A stretch of 64,000 bases of DNA, taken from the NCBI GenBank assembly GCA_964447495.1, contig CAYUTF010000006.1, positions 1,156 to 65,155 on the forward strand, in the 5' to 3' direction. The stretch comes from an uncultured archaeon. GTDB taxonomy: Archaea; Asgardarchaeota; Lokiarchaeia; Sigyniarchaeales; SOKP01. Within the stretch, counting starts at the first letter, position 1. Each line of letters opens with the position of its first letter. Under the pieces are notes generated by a model. That model searched no databases. It was not told the DNA's origin and was given only the letters and a program-made list of their open reading frames with translations. Positions 19,771 to 29,489 of the stretch are shown piece after piece. The translations under genes and the position numbers were made by a program.

Positions 19771-21225
19771 ATGGCTAGACCAAGCCCGTTAGAAATTTAT
19801 GCGCTTCTTGACAAATCTAATTGTAAAGATTGCGGTTATGATACTTGTATGGCATATGCTACAGATCTTTTAGAAAGGAAAACAAAAGTTACTGATTGCT
19901 CGCATTTAATGCAAAAGCCGAAGCAAGCAAAAAACCGAGCAAAACTTATAAAAATCACTACTCCACCTCAAAGACCTGTGGTTGTAGGCGTAGGAGATCG
20001 TGCTTGCGAAATTGGGGGAGAAGAAGTTCTTTATCGCCATCAACTTACCTATTATAACCAAACAGCTATATTTGTTGAAATTGCTGATGATGATCCTGAT
20101 TTAGAAAATATAGCAAAATATTTATCAGATTTAAAGGTTGAAAGGATGGGAGATGTTCTTACTGTCAATGGCTTAGCATTAAGGAATGTTTCTGGAGATT
20201 TAGAGCAATTTAAATTAGCTGCTAAAAAGCTCACAGATATTTCTAAATTACCAATTATGTTATGTTCATTAAATCCTGATAATTTACTAGGTGTAGCAGG
20301 AGAGATAAAAGATAAAAAACCATTATTATATGCAATAACTAAGGACAATTGGGAATCAATTGGAAAGTTTGCAGTAGAGTACAACTTACCTGTAGTTGCA
20401 ACTTCAACTAATTTAGACGATTTAATATCTTTAAGTGCGACTTTACAGAAATTAGGGATAAAAGAAATGATATTAGATTCAGGTACCTTTTATGGATATG
20501 GTAGACTTCCAGTGACATATGACAATATTATGAGGCTAAGAATTGCTGCAATCGATAAAGGAAACTCTAATGCTGGATGGCCAGTTATGGGCGTACCCGC
20601 CGCTTATTGGAATTACATTGAAAATAAGGATGCAAAGGAGCCTTGGGAACATAAATACCAAGAAATAATAATGGCTGCTATAATGGAATCAATTGATACT
20701 AATTTAATAATCTTACATACGGGACAGAAGGAAGAAGATATATGGGCACTATTGGCATTAATGACGTTAAGGCAAAGTATCTTCAGTGATCCTCGTGTGT
20801 ATCCCACAGTTGATCCTGGAATTTATGAAATAGGAGAACCAAATGATATGTCCCCTGTTTTTGTTACATCAAATTATAGATTAACCAAGATACCTGTCGA
20901 GATAGATATTAAAGGTGCTAATCTTGACGCGTGGTTATTAGTTGTTGACTCGGAGGGAATTGGAATTGAGTCTGCTGTAGCAGGGGGTCAGTTCAATGCG
21001 GGTTCCATCGCAGAAGCCGTAAAAGAATTTGGCGTTTTTGGTAAAGTGAAACATCGAATACTTATTATTCCTGGAATGGCCGCTAGATTAAGTGGTGCTT
21101 TAGAAGATGAAGCTGATGCGCTAGTTGTTGTAGGTCCTAGAGATAGCTCTGGAATCGGTAAATTTTTCAAAGAACATTGGAAGCCTGACGAATTTATGAA
21201 GCAGTATGCGGAAATGAAAGAATAA
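19771..21225 (+). CDS. cdhE: acetyl-CoA decarbonylase/synthase corrinoid Fe-S protein large subunit (CdhE/AcsC)
   Basis: The N-terminal motif LEIYALLDKSNCKDCGYDTCMAYATDLLERKTKVTDC (C-x2-C-x4-C-x16-C) is present, and the ~480 aa length fits. Confidence 0.75.
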   Translation: MARPSPLEIYALLDKSNCKDCGYDTCMAYATDLLERKTKVTDCSHLMQKPKQAKNRAKLIKITTPPQRPVVVGVGDRACEIGGEEVLYRHQLTYYNQTAIFVEIADDDPDLENIAKYLSDLKVERMGDVLTVNGLALRNVSGDLEQFKLAAKKLTDISKLPIMLCSLNPDNLLGVAGEIKDKKPLLYAITKDNWESIGKFAVEYNLPVVATSTNLDDLISLSATLQKLGIKEMILDSGTFYGYGRLPVTYDNIMRLRIAAIDKGNSNAGWPVMGVPAAYWNYIENKDAKEPWEHKYQEIIMAAIMESIDTNLIILHTGQKEEDIWALLALMTLRQSIFSDPRVYPTVDPGIYEIGEPNDMSPVFVTSNYRLTKIPVEIDIKGANLDAWLLVVDSEGIGIESAVAGGQFNAGSIAEAVKEFGVFGKVKHRILIIPGMAARLSGALEDEADALVVVGPRDSSGIGKFFKEHWKPDEFMKQYAEMKE

Positions 21226-21258
21226 ATTTATTAATTCTTATCTTTTTTTATTTCTTTT

Positions 21259-21921
21259 TCATATTAATGAAAAAACCTTTTTTATTGTTAAATCTTTAAT
21301 TGAATTAAGAATCAAGTAATTCCCTTCTTTTAATTCTTTTAATTCATTAGATGAGTGATTTCCCGTTAAAACTCCTATAAAAGGACATCCTAAGTTATTG
21401 GAGAGTAAAACATCTTTTGGGTGATCACCAATAACAATGATATTAGTGTTAGGATATTGCTTGGTCAAAATATTTTTAAGAATAGGATCTAGTTTTCCCA
21501 ACTTTTTTCTTTCTTCTGTTTCTCCGTAGATATAATCAAAGTAATGTTTTAAATTTAATAATTCAACTACTTTTTCTGCCATTTCTTGTTTTTTAGAGGT
21601 AATAATTCCTAATATAAAAGAATTATCTTTCAGTTCTTGTAGTTTCTCTCTTACACCGGGTAATAACTCTACTTGATAAATACCTTTGGCTCGATAATAT
21701 TCTCGAAATGCGTAAATTAACTCATCAGAGTCCAAATCGGTAACATTTTGGAACATATCCGTTAAAGGTAATCCGATCATGCGTAAAATCTCTGATTCCT
21801 CTAATCGTGGTAAATTAAATTTATCTAAAGCATAGTTAAATGATTCTATGATTCCTTCTTGATTATTTACAAGAGTAAAATCAAGATCAAAGCTTAAAAG
21901 TATCTTAATTTTTTCAATCAT
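21259..21921 (-). CDS. HAD-superfamily hydrolase (phosphoglycolate phosphatase-like)
   Basis: The DxDxT motif (FDLDFTL) is present, together with ITSK and GDHPKD motifs. Confidence 0.7.
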   Translation of the reverse strand: MIEKIKILLSFDLDFTLVNNQEGIIESFNYALDKFNLPRLEESEILRMIGLPLTDMFQNVTDLDSDELIYAFREYYRAKGIYQVELLPGVREKLQELKDNSFILGIITSKKQEMAEKVVELLNLKHYFDYIYGETEERKKLGKLDPILKNILTKQYPNTNIIVIGDHPKDVLLSNNLGCPFIGVLTGNHSSNELKELKEGNYLILNSIKDLTIKKVFSLI

Positions 21922-22056
21922 AGAATATCTTTTGTAATGAAACTTGAAATTTATGTATGTAATAATTTAGAAAATAAAAACAAGATAATTAGTTTATTTG
22001 AGTTATATTTATTTCCTTTTAGAGAGGGGTATTTCTACAAGTATTAAAAATTAGTA

Positions 22057-23712
22057 TTAGATTTTTGCTTTTGAGCCTTTAAATAGATGTAGAAGATAAG
22101 TTATTTCTTCTGACCCATTTACAATCCTTTGAAGATGATAAGGAAAAGTAGAAAAATCAACCTGTTTTCCTTCTGAAACATACTTTATAATTAATTCGAC
22201 TAATTCAATATAGCGTTTGACGGTATTTCCTTTTAATTCTATTTCAGATATGATTTTTTGTGCTTTCTCAATACGACCATTCAATACTGAGGAAATAGCA
22301 GCTAATGTATATGATTGAACAATATGAGAATAGCCAATCGTTTTAAGATTTGCAGCACGATAATAGTATTTATATACGTTTTTGACCATTTCATTGACAA
22401 GGAAATCTTTAGCTGTATCCAATTGTTGATAAAACTTTATACTTTCTAAAATTAAGGTAGCTGCTGTGAAAAATTCTTTATTTTTTAACCCTTCCTTTGC
22501 AATAATATTTAATCCTCTAACAATTTGATTAAAAATTCCAAATCGATTATATTCGAGATTTCCCTCAACAGCAATATCATATGCATTTAAATAACTCTCA
22601 GTTGAGTCATTTACATTTCCTATTTTCCAATAACTATCTCCAGCTTTTACAAAATGTTTATAAGAAAGTTCAGTATTTTCTAATTCTCTAAATGTTACTG
22701 CTGCATTATAGAAATTAGTCCCGGCTTCATTAAAATCCTCAATTCTTTCAAAGTAATTCCCAGCTAAAATAAAACATGAGGCAGACTCAATTAAATTGCT
22801 ATTAATATCTCGATAGCATAAAGCTGCTCCACGATAATATTGTGCAATTTTTTGATAATTATCTTCATTTTTTGTAAGAATCTCAGCTAAATTTATATAA
22901 GACCCTGCCTCTCTTTTTGAATAGTTAATAAATTGATCCTCATCATCAATTAGTTTATATAATTTTTTTAAAACTTGACAAATTTGAGATACAGCAAGGT
23001 TGTCATTTTTAGTATCATATTTATCGAAAATCTCATTGAAAAACTCTATACCATCAAAAATTATATTAGTAGATTTATTAAATTCCTCTAATTCTTGGTA
23101 TGATTGAGCTATTTGCTGATATGAATATGAAAGTAAATCAAAAAAAAGATATTCTTTAGATATAGCAATGACGAGATTAAAATATCTTATAGCCTTTTTA
23201 GTATAAGAAATTCTTGAATATAGTTCAGCTATATTCTGGTAATTTTGAATTAATTTACGTATTTCATTAAATTCCCTCAATACTTTGCCTTCTTGTCGTA
23301 AATAACTAATAGCATTTAGAATATACTTTTTCTCTTGTTTCGTATTCTTGAATTTTTCAGAATACATATCTGCTAATCGTTTATAAATTTCTGCAATCTC
23401 GTGAAATTTGGCTTGTAGTTTATAAGAAGTAATTTGTTTTTCCCAAAAACTTATAGATAATTTATAAAGTTTATATGCCTGGGAGGAGTTTAATTCTTCA
23501 ATCAGTTCTGCGGCAGAGTATAAGAATTCTCCAGCTTCTTCATATTCTCGTGATTCAGCTAACTCATTGGCGTATGCTCTTGATTCCTCAGTCAAGCTTA
23601 AAATCAAGGCATAGCGTTCTCTTAAATTTTTAATATCTTCTATTTGTGAAATTTTTTTACTTAATTGCTCAATATATTCTCTGTTATCACTAAAAATATC
23701 TTCTTGAAGAAT
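22057..23712 (-). CDS. TPR-like helical repeat protein
   Basis: Repeated A-x-Y / Y-x-x-A helical-pair patterns occur throughout. The track starts at TTG 23607, but the frame stays open and protein-like for 35 more codons back to ATT 23712, directly after a TAA. The start is uncertain. Confidence 0.5.
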   Translation of the reverse strand: MLQEDIFSDNREYIEQLSKKISQIEDIKNLRERYALILSLTEESRAYANELAESREYEEAGEFLYSAAELIEELNSSQAYKLYKLSISFWEKQITSYKLQAKFHEIAEIYKRLADMYSEKFKNTKQEKKYILNAISYLRQEGKVLREFNEIRKLIQNYQNIAELYSRISYTKKAIRYFNLVIAISKEYLFFDLLSYSYQQIAQSYQELEEFNKSTNIIFDGIEFFNEIFDKYDTKNDNLAVSQICQVLKKLYKLIDDEDQFINYSKREAGSYINLAEILTKNEDNYQKIAQYYRGAALCYRDINSNLIESASCFILAGNYFERIEDFNEAGTNFYNAAVTFRELENTELSYKHFVKAGDSYWKIGNVNDSTESYLNAYDIAVEGNLEYNRFGIFNQIVRGLNIIAKEGLKNKEFFTAATLILESIKFYQQLDTAKDFLVNEMVKNVYKYYYRAANLKTIGYSHIVQSYTLAAISSVLNGRIEKAQKIISEIELKGNTVKRYIELVELIIKYVSEGKQVDFSTFPYHLQRIVNGSEEITYLLHLFKGSKAKI

Positions 23713-23989
23713 TTATAATCAACCCTTCTTGAAATATAAAGATTTATGTATAAAAATTAATACCTACATAAAAATAATGGTTTTTTGACCATAAAGTTCA
23801 AAAGGTATTATTTATCGCATCTCTAAATTATACTATTTAACTTAACAGTAGAATAGCCTAAAAGTGAATGGTAATATACTAATATTTTATTCAGAAAAAC
23901 ACTTTTAGAATTATAGAAATAGTTTTAAATATGAAAAGAGTTTTAATAATATTAATTCTAATTAATTAAAATGTAGTTAAAAAAAAAGG

Positions 23990-24208
23990 GTGATTGTAAT
24001 AAAACAGATTGCCGAACTTCTAGAAACGGGTTTGTATGAAACATTTAAGACCGAAAAACAAATGTTAGTTAAGGATTTACTTAAAGAATTAAATTTGGAA
24101 GGAAAATATTTTGGTATCCTTGTAGATGGGAAAAAGGCAGATGAAAACACTGTAATTAACGAAGAATCAGACGTTTTAATTTTGCCTCACATCGCAGGAG
24201 GCAAATAG
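23990..24208 (+). CDS. MoaD/ThiS-family ubiquitin-like small protein ending in GG-K
   Basis: It is 72 aa with a beta-grasp-like pattern and the C-terminus ILPHIAGGK. The start is GTG 23990 or in-frame ATA 23999. Confidence 0.5.
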   Translation: MIVIKQIAELLETGLYETFKTEKQMLVKDLLKELNLEGKYFGILVDGKKADENTVINEESDVLILPHIAGGK

Positions 24209-24258
24209 CATCATTTTTTTAGTTCTTTTTTTAAATAGTATTTTTCAATCAATTTATT

Positions 24259-25239
24259 CTATTTGAGCTCAATTCGAAGAAGATCATTTGCTAAAATGCT
24301 ATTTGGAAAAATTTTTTTAGCGTCTTCTAACAATTTTATCGCATCTTCTTGATATCTCGAAGAGATATGAGTCAATACTAATTGTTTAGCATTCATTTTT
24401 TTTGCAACATTTGCGGCATCTATTGAAGTAGAATGCTTCTTTTCAACAGCAATTTGAGATAATTCTTTTGAAAAGGTAGCTTCATGTATTAAAATATCAG
24501 AATCTTTTCCTAGTTTTATTAAGTTATCACATGGGGCAGTGTCTCCAGAATAAGTTATTTTTCTACCTGCTCTTTTTGGTCCAACAATTCCTTCTTTTAA
24601 AGGATTAACTATTTTTCCTTCAAACTCAATACTTTGTCCTTCATGTAATTTTTTCCAAAGGCTGCTCTCAGGTATTTCCAGTTCTCTTGCTCGAGTAGGA
24701 TTAAACTTTCCATTTCTTGGCTTTTCTAAAAAACTATAGCCGTATGTTAAAACCGAATGATCTACTAATGTATATTTGAGATAATATTTTGTATTCTCAA
24801 AAATGATGTTATTTTGTATTTGATATTCACCATGAGGTTGTTCAGATTCTAAACCTTCATATTCAATCAGTTTATTTTGGCTATAATGTATTTCAAAAAC
24901 CCTTAGGGGATAATTTGCTTTAAGTCCTAATATTTTTCTATGAAGATATAGGTAAAGATAAAGGTTGGGAGGGCCAAATATAAACAATGGAGCATTTCTA
25001 TCAATTAAACCAAAGCGAAATAAAAGCCCAGGGAGACCGATTATATGATCTCCATGAAAATGGGATATAAGAATTTTGAGAGGTTTATTAAATTTCAAAC
25101 CTGCATTAATAATGCCCCTTTGGATATCCTCACCGCAATCAAATATAATAAGTTCATTCTTATATTTTAAAGCAATTGCTGGTAAATTACGCTCTTGTAC
25201 TGGTATCGCTGCTGCTGACCCTAAAATAATCAATTCCAT
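24259..25239 (-). CDS. rnz: ribonuclease Z (tRNA 3' endonuclease)
   Basis: MELIILGS...ERNLPAIAL, the HFHGDH motif and the C-terminal THIS motif are present. Confidence 0.85.
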   Translation of the reverse strand: MELIILGSAAAIPVQERNLPAIALKYKNELIIFDCGEDIQRGIINAGLKFNKPLKILISHFHGDHIIGLPGLLFRFGLIDRNAPLFIFGPPNLYLYLYLHRKILGLKANYPLRVFEIHYSQNKLIEYEGLESEQPHGEYQIQNNIIFENTKYYLKYTLVDHSVLTYGYSFLEKPRNGKFNPTRARELEIPESSLWKKLHEGQSIEFEGKIVNPLKEGIVGPKRAGRKITYSGDTAPCDNLIKLGKDSDILIHEATFSKELSQIAVEKKHSTSIDAANVAKKMNAKQLVLTHISSRYQEDAIKLLEDAKKIFPNSILANDLLRIELK

Positions 25240-25253
25240 TAAAAATCAGTGAC

Positions 25254-26546
25254 TTATATACTTTTCCTTAGCTGTGATATTTCTAATCTTTGTTGAACAT
25301 TCTGTTTTTTTAAATCTTCAATTATACTTTTAAGTTCTTCTATTCTCAGAGCAATATTATGGTCTTCAACTTGATCTAAACCAGAATGAGTTTGATTTTT
25401 AATATTAAATGAGTTCAATTCATTTCTTAGGTCATATATTTTTTGATCTTTTTCTTTCATTTGATTTTCTAAGATTTCATAACTCTTTTTTATACGAATT
25501 GCTTCATTTTTTATTGTGCTAATCTCTTCTTCTTTAATATTTAGATTTCTTTTTGCTTCATCTAATTGTTGCTGTAAAAAACTGGCCATTTCGCGTTGAA
25601 TTTTTAGCTTTCCATCAATTTCTCCGGGAGAACTTGCTTGAAGTGGAGTAGTTTGAATTTGAGGTGTTTTTGATTGACTTTCTAAAAGTTGAATCCTCAC
25701 TTTTGCTTTATTGAGTTTATTCTGTAATTCTTCCACAACTTGATCTAATGGTAGTGGTTCATTTGACTCTTTAAGAGATGAGACTAATTCTTTTAATTCC
25801 TTGATTTGCACATTTTTTGATTCTAATTCGCTTGTTAAAGACATTAACGCCTTATCATTTGCTCCTTTTGAACTTTTTTTCTCATATTTTTCTAATTTCT
25901 TTTTTAAATTTTCATTTTGTTTTTTGACTTTGGTCAAAGTATCTTGAAGATCTTCTAATAAATCCTTAGTAATGTTCTCTGATTTTTTTTGATCCTTTGT
26001 AATAGCAGATTGTTCTAAAAAATTTTTTAATTTTAAGATTTCTTCTTTAAGATTTTCAATTTCCCTATCTTTCTCATCGACAATCTCAAGATCATCATGT
26101 TCTTCTCCTTTTCCTGTTCTTCTTAACTTTTTGATAAGAGAATCTTGTTTATTGATTTTATCTTGTAATTCTTTAACTAATATATTAAGTGGCTGCTTAT
26201 TCCTCAGATCCTCAACTCTAATAACGGAAGATGAGGTACTTTCTGAACTTTTGATTGATTCAAGTTCCTTTTGAGCATCTATCTTCTCCTTTCTTAAAAA
26301 TCCCATTCGATCTTTTAAATCTCTAATTTCTCTTTCTTTGGCTTCTAATTCGATACTTAATTTTGATTGCTTTGTCTTTTTAGATTGCTTCTTTGATTTT
26401 TTATCAGGGATTAATTCTCCCAATTTCATAATTTCATCTTCTAAATATTCGATCTTATCTAAATATTCACCGATCTCTCCTTCCTTTTTATTTAATTCTA
26501 ACTGTAGCCTTTCAAGTTGTTTTTTAAGATTAGCTTCTTCCGTCAT
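25254..26546 (-). CDS. long coiled-coil protein (K/E/L-rich, 430 aa)
   Basis: It has an almost continuous heptad-like charged sequence and no enzymatic motif. Confidence 0.55.
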   Translation of the reverse strand: MTEEANLKKQLERLQLELNKKEGEIGEYLDKIEYLEDEIMKLGELIPDKKSKKQSKKTKQSKLSIELEAKEREIRDLKDRMGFLRKEKIDAQKELESIKSSESTSSSVIRVEDLRNKQPLNILVKELQDKINKQDSLIKKLRRTGKGEEHDDLEIVDEKDREIENLKEEILKLKNFLEQSAITKDQKKSENITKDLLEDLQDTLTKVKKQNENLKKKLEKYEKKSSKGANDKALMSLTSELESKNVQIKELKELVSSLKESNEPLPLDQVVEELQNKLNKAKVRIQLLESQSKTPQIQTTPLQASSPGEIDGKLKIQREMASFLQQQLDEAKRNLNIKEEEISTIKNEAIRIKKSYEILENQMKEKDQKIYDLRNELNSFNIKNQTHSGLDQVEDHNIALRIEELKSIIEDLKKQNVQQRLEISQLRKSI

Positions 26547-26633
26547 TATTGATTTATAGGAATTATTTTGAAATTATCTTTATATATATTACATCTTTAA
26601 TTATATTTTTAATCTTTTTCATAAAATAATATT

Positions 26634-28547
26634 CTAATACATTTCGAAATCCTTTATTGAAAATTGCTTGACTTTTTTCATTACAGGAAAAAGACTAAGA
26701 GCATTAAATATTCCGAATATGATAAATAAAAAGCCTATAAAGATAAAAGGTATAAAGATATGGGGCAAATATACTCTTTCAAATATTATAATTGAATTTA
26801 ATATCATACCTACTCCCAAACTTACACCAAGAGAAGGTATTATAACATACATAGCCTCTAAGAACAAAATCTTTCTTATTGATTTATTCTTAGAACCAAT
26901 CGCTCTCATAATCAGGAAATCTTTTACTTTTTCCATTATTCCACCTTTTTGATAGTTATAGAGAGATAATATCGCAACTACACTCAAAATTATTATTAAA
27001 ATCGATGGAAACAGAGCTAGATTTGAAATGAAATTAAGATTTTCAGTAAATATATGATCCATTTTTAGATATGTAAATTGCTCTCCTAAAGAAGCATTAA
27101 TAATGCTTTCAAGCTGACCTTGAATGCTATCAAATCCCTCTGAATTTACTTTAATAAATGCTAGATTTACTTGGTTTGAAGTTAAATTCATATTAGTACG
27201 GAATTTATCTATATCAATATAAGTTGCATAGCCGCTGTAGAGACTATCAATAACAACACCAGATATTTCAAATATTTCACCTAATTGATCAAAAAGAATA
27301 GCCTGATCAAAAGGATAGTCAAAAAAGTTATAGGCTAAACCATCTCCAATGACCGCATAGTAACTCGATACCCCTTGTAGTGTGATAAAATCACCCTCGA
27401 TTTCAAAATTTTGGAGATTATCACTTTGATTAACACCAATAACTGGAAAAATCCCTTTTCTATTCTGACCTACATATAAATATCCTCCATCTTCATAAAT
27501 GTGAGTTCCAGATATTTCTTCCGCTTCTAAAAAGTTAATAAGTCGATACTCTTGATCTTCAATCTCTGAAAGGGTATTTAAATCATCTAAGGATGAGATA
27601 TTAAATAAGTAATCCTCTTGTAAGAAGTTAATACTAGTATTATCTATAAATATAGCTGGATTCTGAAACATCTCATACATTAAAGAATAATTTTGAACCA
27701 CATCCTTATGTCCAATTAATATAAGGTTATCTGTTTGTGATTTCCTAACCCATTCATATGAAGAGGTGTATAATACTATAGTTCCTAAACCTAAAGTAAA
27801 AATGATTAATGATATAATAGAGAAAACTATAATATATCTCTTAAACTCTCCTTTCCTCCTTATAGAATTAATTACAGACATTTTAAAATTTAGGTTTATT
27901 AATGATAACCATTTAGGGATGAATGTCAGGTCTTTAGATGCATTATAGTTATAAGGTATATCCTTAGAGAAATTCTTCACAATTTTTTGATTCCCTATTT
28001 TACGTAATATGTATCCAGGTACAATAAAAATACCCCCTAAGCATGAGAAAAACAAAATGGGAGTATATACAAAATCTAATTGGAATTGCATATAAATATT
28101 GGTAAACGAAAAACTAAATGCAAATATAGCAAATGAAATTATTCCAATAACTATACCGATTATAAATGCAATTAAAAAGATGAGATATACTTCAGTTAAA
28201 TAAAAACTATATAATTTACGTGGTAATGAACCTAGCGCCCTCATTATCGCGATGTCACGCTTCTTGGAGATAATTAAGGTACTACTTATCACAATAACAA
28301 CAATAAACGCCAAAATCATCATTAATATGATAATTAAGCTATTAAAATCAGTAAAAATTATATTAATTCCGCCTGAAAAATAAAATTCGTTTACATAACT
28401 ATATTGGATAAAGTTGTTTAAACCAATAGAGGAAGTAAAATAAATTAAGAACTCAGTAACTGAAATTATTAATACTAATACCACTAAATAAGGATAGGAT
28501 ATGTCTTTTTTTCGATAGATATCTTTAAACGCAAAATCAAGTGAAAT
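26634..28547 (-). CDS. ABC transporter permease, FtsX/MacB type
   Basis: There are two FtsX-like TM bundles separated by a large extracytoplasmic domain. The track start is GTG 28484, but the frame is open upstream and encodes a typical N-terminus (SLDFAFKDIYRKKDISYPYL). ATT 28547 lies 7 nt after GGTGA. Confidence 0.75.
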   Translation of the reverse strand: MSLDFAFKDIYRKKDISYPYLVVLVLIISVTEFLIYFTSSIGLNNFIQYSYVNEFYFSGGINIIFTDFNSLIIILMMILAFIVVIVISSTLIISKKRDIAIMRALGSLPRKLYSFYLTEVYLIFLIAFIIGIVIGIISFAIFAFSFSFTNIYMQFQLDFVYTPILFFSCLGGIFIVPGYILRKIGNQKIVKNFSKDIPYNYNASKDLTFIPKWLSLINLNFKMSVINSIRRKGEFKRYIIVFSIISLIIFTLGLGTIVLYTSSYEWVRKSQTDNLILIGHKDVVQNYSLMYEMFQNPAIFIDNTSINFLQEDYLFNISSLDDLNTLSEIEDQEYRLINFLEAEEISGTHIYEDGGYLYVGQNRKGIFPVIGVNQSDNLQNFEIEGDFITLQGVSSYYAVIGDGLAYNFFDYPFDQAILFDQLGEIFEISGVVIDSLYSGYATYIDIDKFRTNMNLTSNQVNLAFIKVNSEGFDSIQGQLESIINASLGEQFTYLKMDHIFTENLNFISNLALFPSILIIILSVVAILSLYNYQKGGIMEKVKDFLIMRAIGSKNKSIRKILFLEAMYVIIPSLGVSLGVGMILNSIIIFERVYLPHIFIPFIFIGFLFIIFGIFNALSLFPVMKKVKQFSIKDFEMY

Positions 28548-28560
28548 TTCTCAATCACCA

Positions 28561-29349
28561 TTAAATTTTTATAATATTCTTTTCTGGCAGATAATCTTCA
28601 TTAATTATATGACCATCTTCAAAAGTGATTACCCTATTCGCAAGTTCGATTAAAAACTCGTCATGGCTAGCTATTATTATCGTTTTTTCATTTTCTTTCA
28701 TATCCTTAAAGATATCCCTAATAAAAATGCTAGTATCTTTATCTAAATTAGCAGTAGGCTCATCTGCTAAAATGAAGGGAGGCTCATTTGCTAATGCTCG
28801 AGCTATTGCTACTCTTTGTTGTTCACCCGCAGATAATTGGAAAGGTAGATGCTCTCTTCTATTTCCAAGTCCAACCTTTTTCAAAAGCTTAACAGCTTTT
28901 TCTCTCTGTTCTTTTAGGCTTAGCCCTGTTAAACTCATGGGAAACATGACATTTTCTTCTGCAGTTAATGTGCTAATCAAATTATAATTTTGAAAGATAA
29001 AACCCGAATTTATCAATCTAAATGTAGCTAAACTCTCTTCTCCCATATCTGTAATTCTTATTCCATTTGAGATAATAATTCCTGAATTTGGATTGTCTAA
29101 ACCACCAAGAAGATTTAATAAAGTAGTTTTTCCTGCTCCAGAGGGACCTTTTATCACAATGAAATCATTTTTCATAATTTCTAAGGATACATTATCTACT
29201 GCTCTGACTATATACTCACCAATTTCATAATCCTTGGTAAGCTTTTTTGCTATTAATATCATATTTGTGTCAAAAACGATATCTGATAATTCAGAGTCTT
29301 CTAAATTAGGTTGATCTTCTAAAATTTTCTTCGACATTTTATATTCCAT
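28561..29349 (-). CDS. ABC transporter ATP-binding protein (MacB/LolD-like)
   Basis: Walker A GPSGAGKTT, signature LSAGEQQR and Walker B ILADEP are present. Confidence 0.9.
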   Translation of the reverse strand: MEYKMSKKILEDQPNLEDSELSDIVFDTNMILIAKKLTKDYEIGEYIVRAVDNVSLEIMKNDFIVIKGPSGAGKTTLLNLLGGLDNPNSGIIISNGIRITDMGEESLATFRLINSGFIFQNYNLISTLTAEENVMFPMSLTGLSLKEQREKAVKLLKKVGLGNRREHLPFQLSAGEQQRVAIARALANEPPFILADEPTANLDKDTSIFIRDIFKDMKENEKTIIIASHDEFLIELANRVITFEDGHIINEDYLPEKNIIKI

Positions 29350-29460
29350 AAAAATTTCTTTCTGAGATTCTTTTCTAAATAATAATGTTTCCTTTAAAAT
29401 ATTAATTATAGATTTTCAAAGGAACTGGAATATAAATAAAGTTGAATTAAAGAAAAAAAG

Positions 29461-29469
29461 TTTATATAT
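29461..29469 (+). promoter_or_regulatory. candidate TATA box (TTTATATAT) preceded by an A-rich BRE-like tract
   Basis: It sits about 25-29 nt upstream of the first base of the 19-bp stem element at 29490, which is the expected archaeal TATA-to-TSS distance. Confidence 0.35.
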
Positions 29470-29489
29470 GAGCTTATAATATAAGTGAT

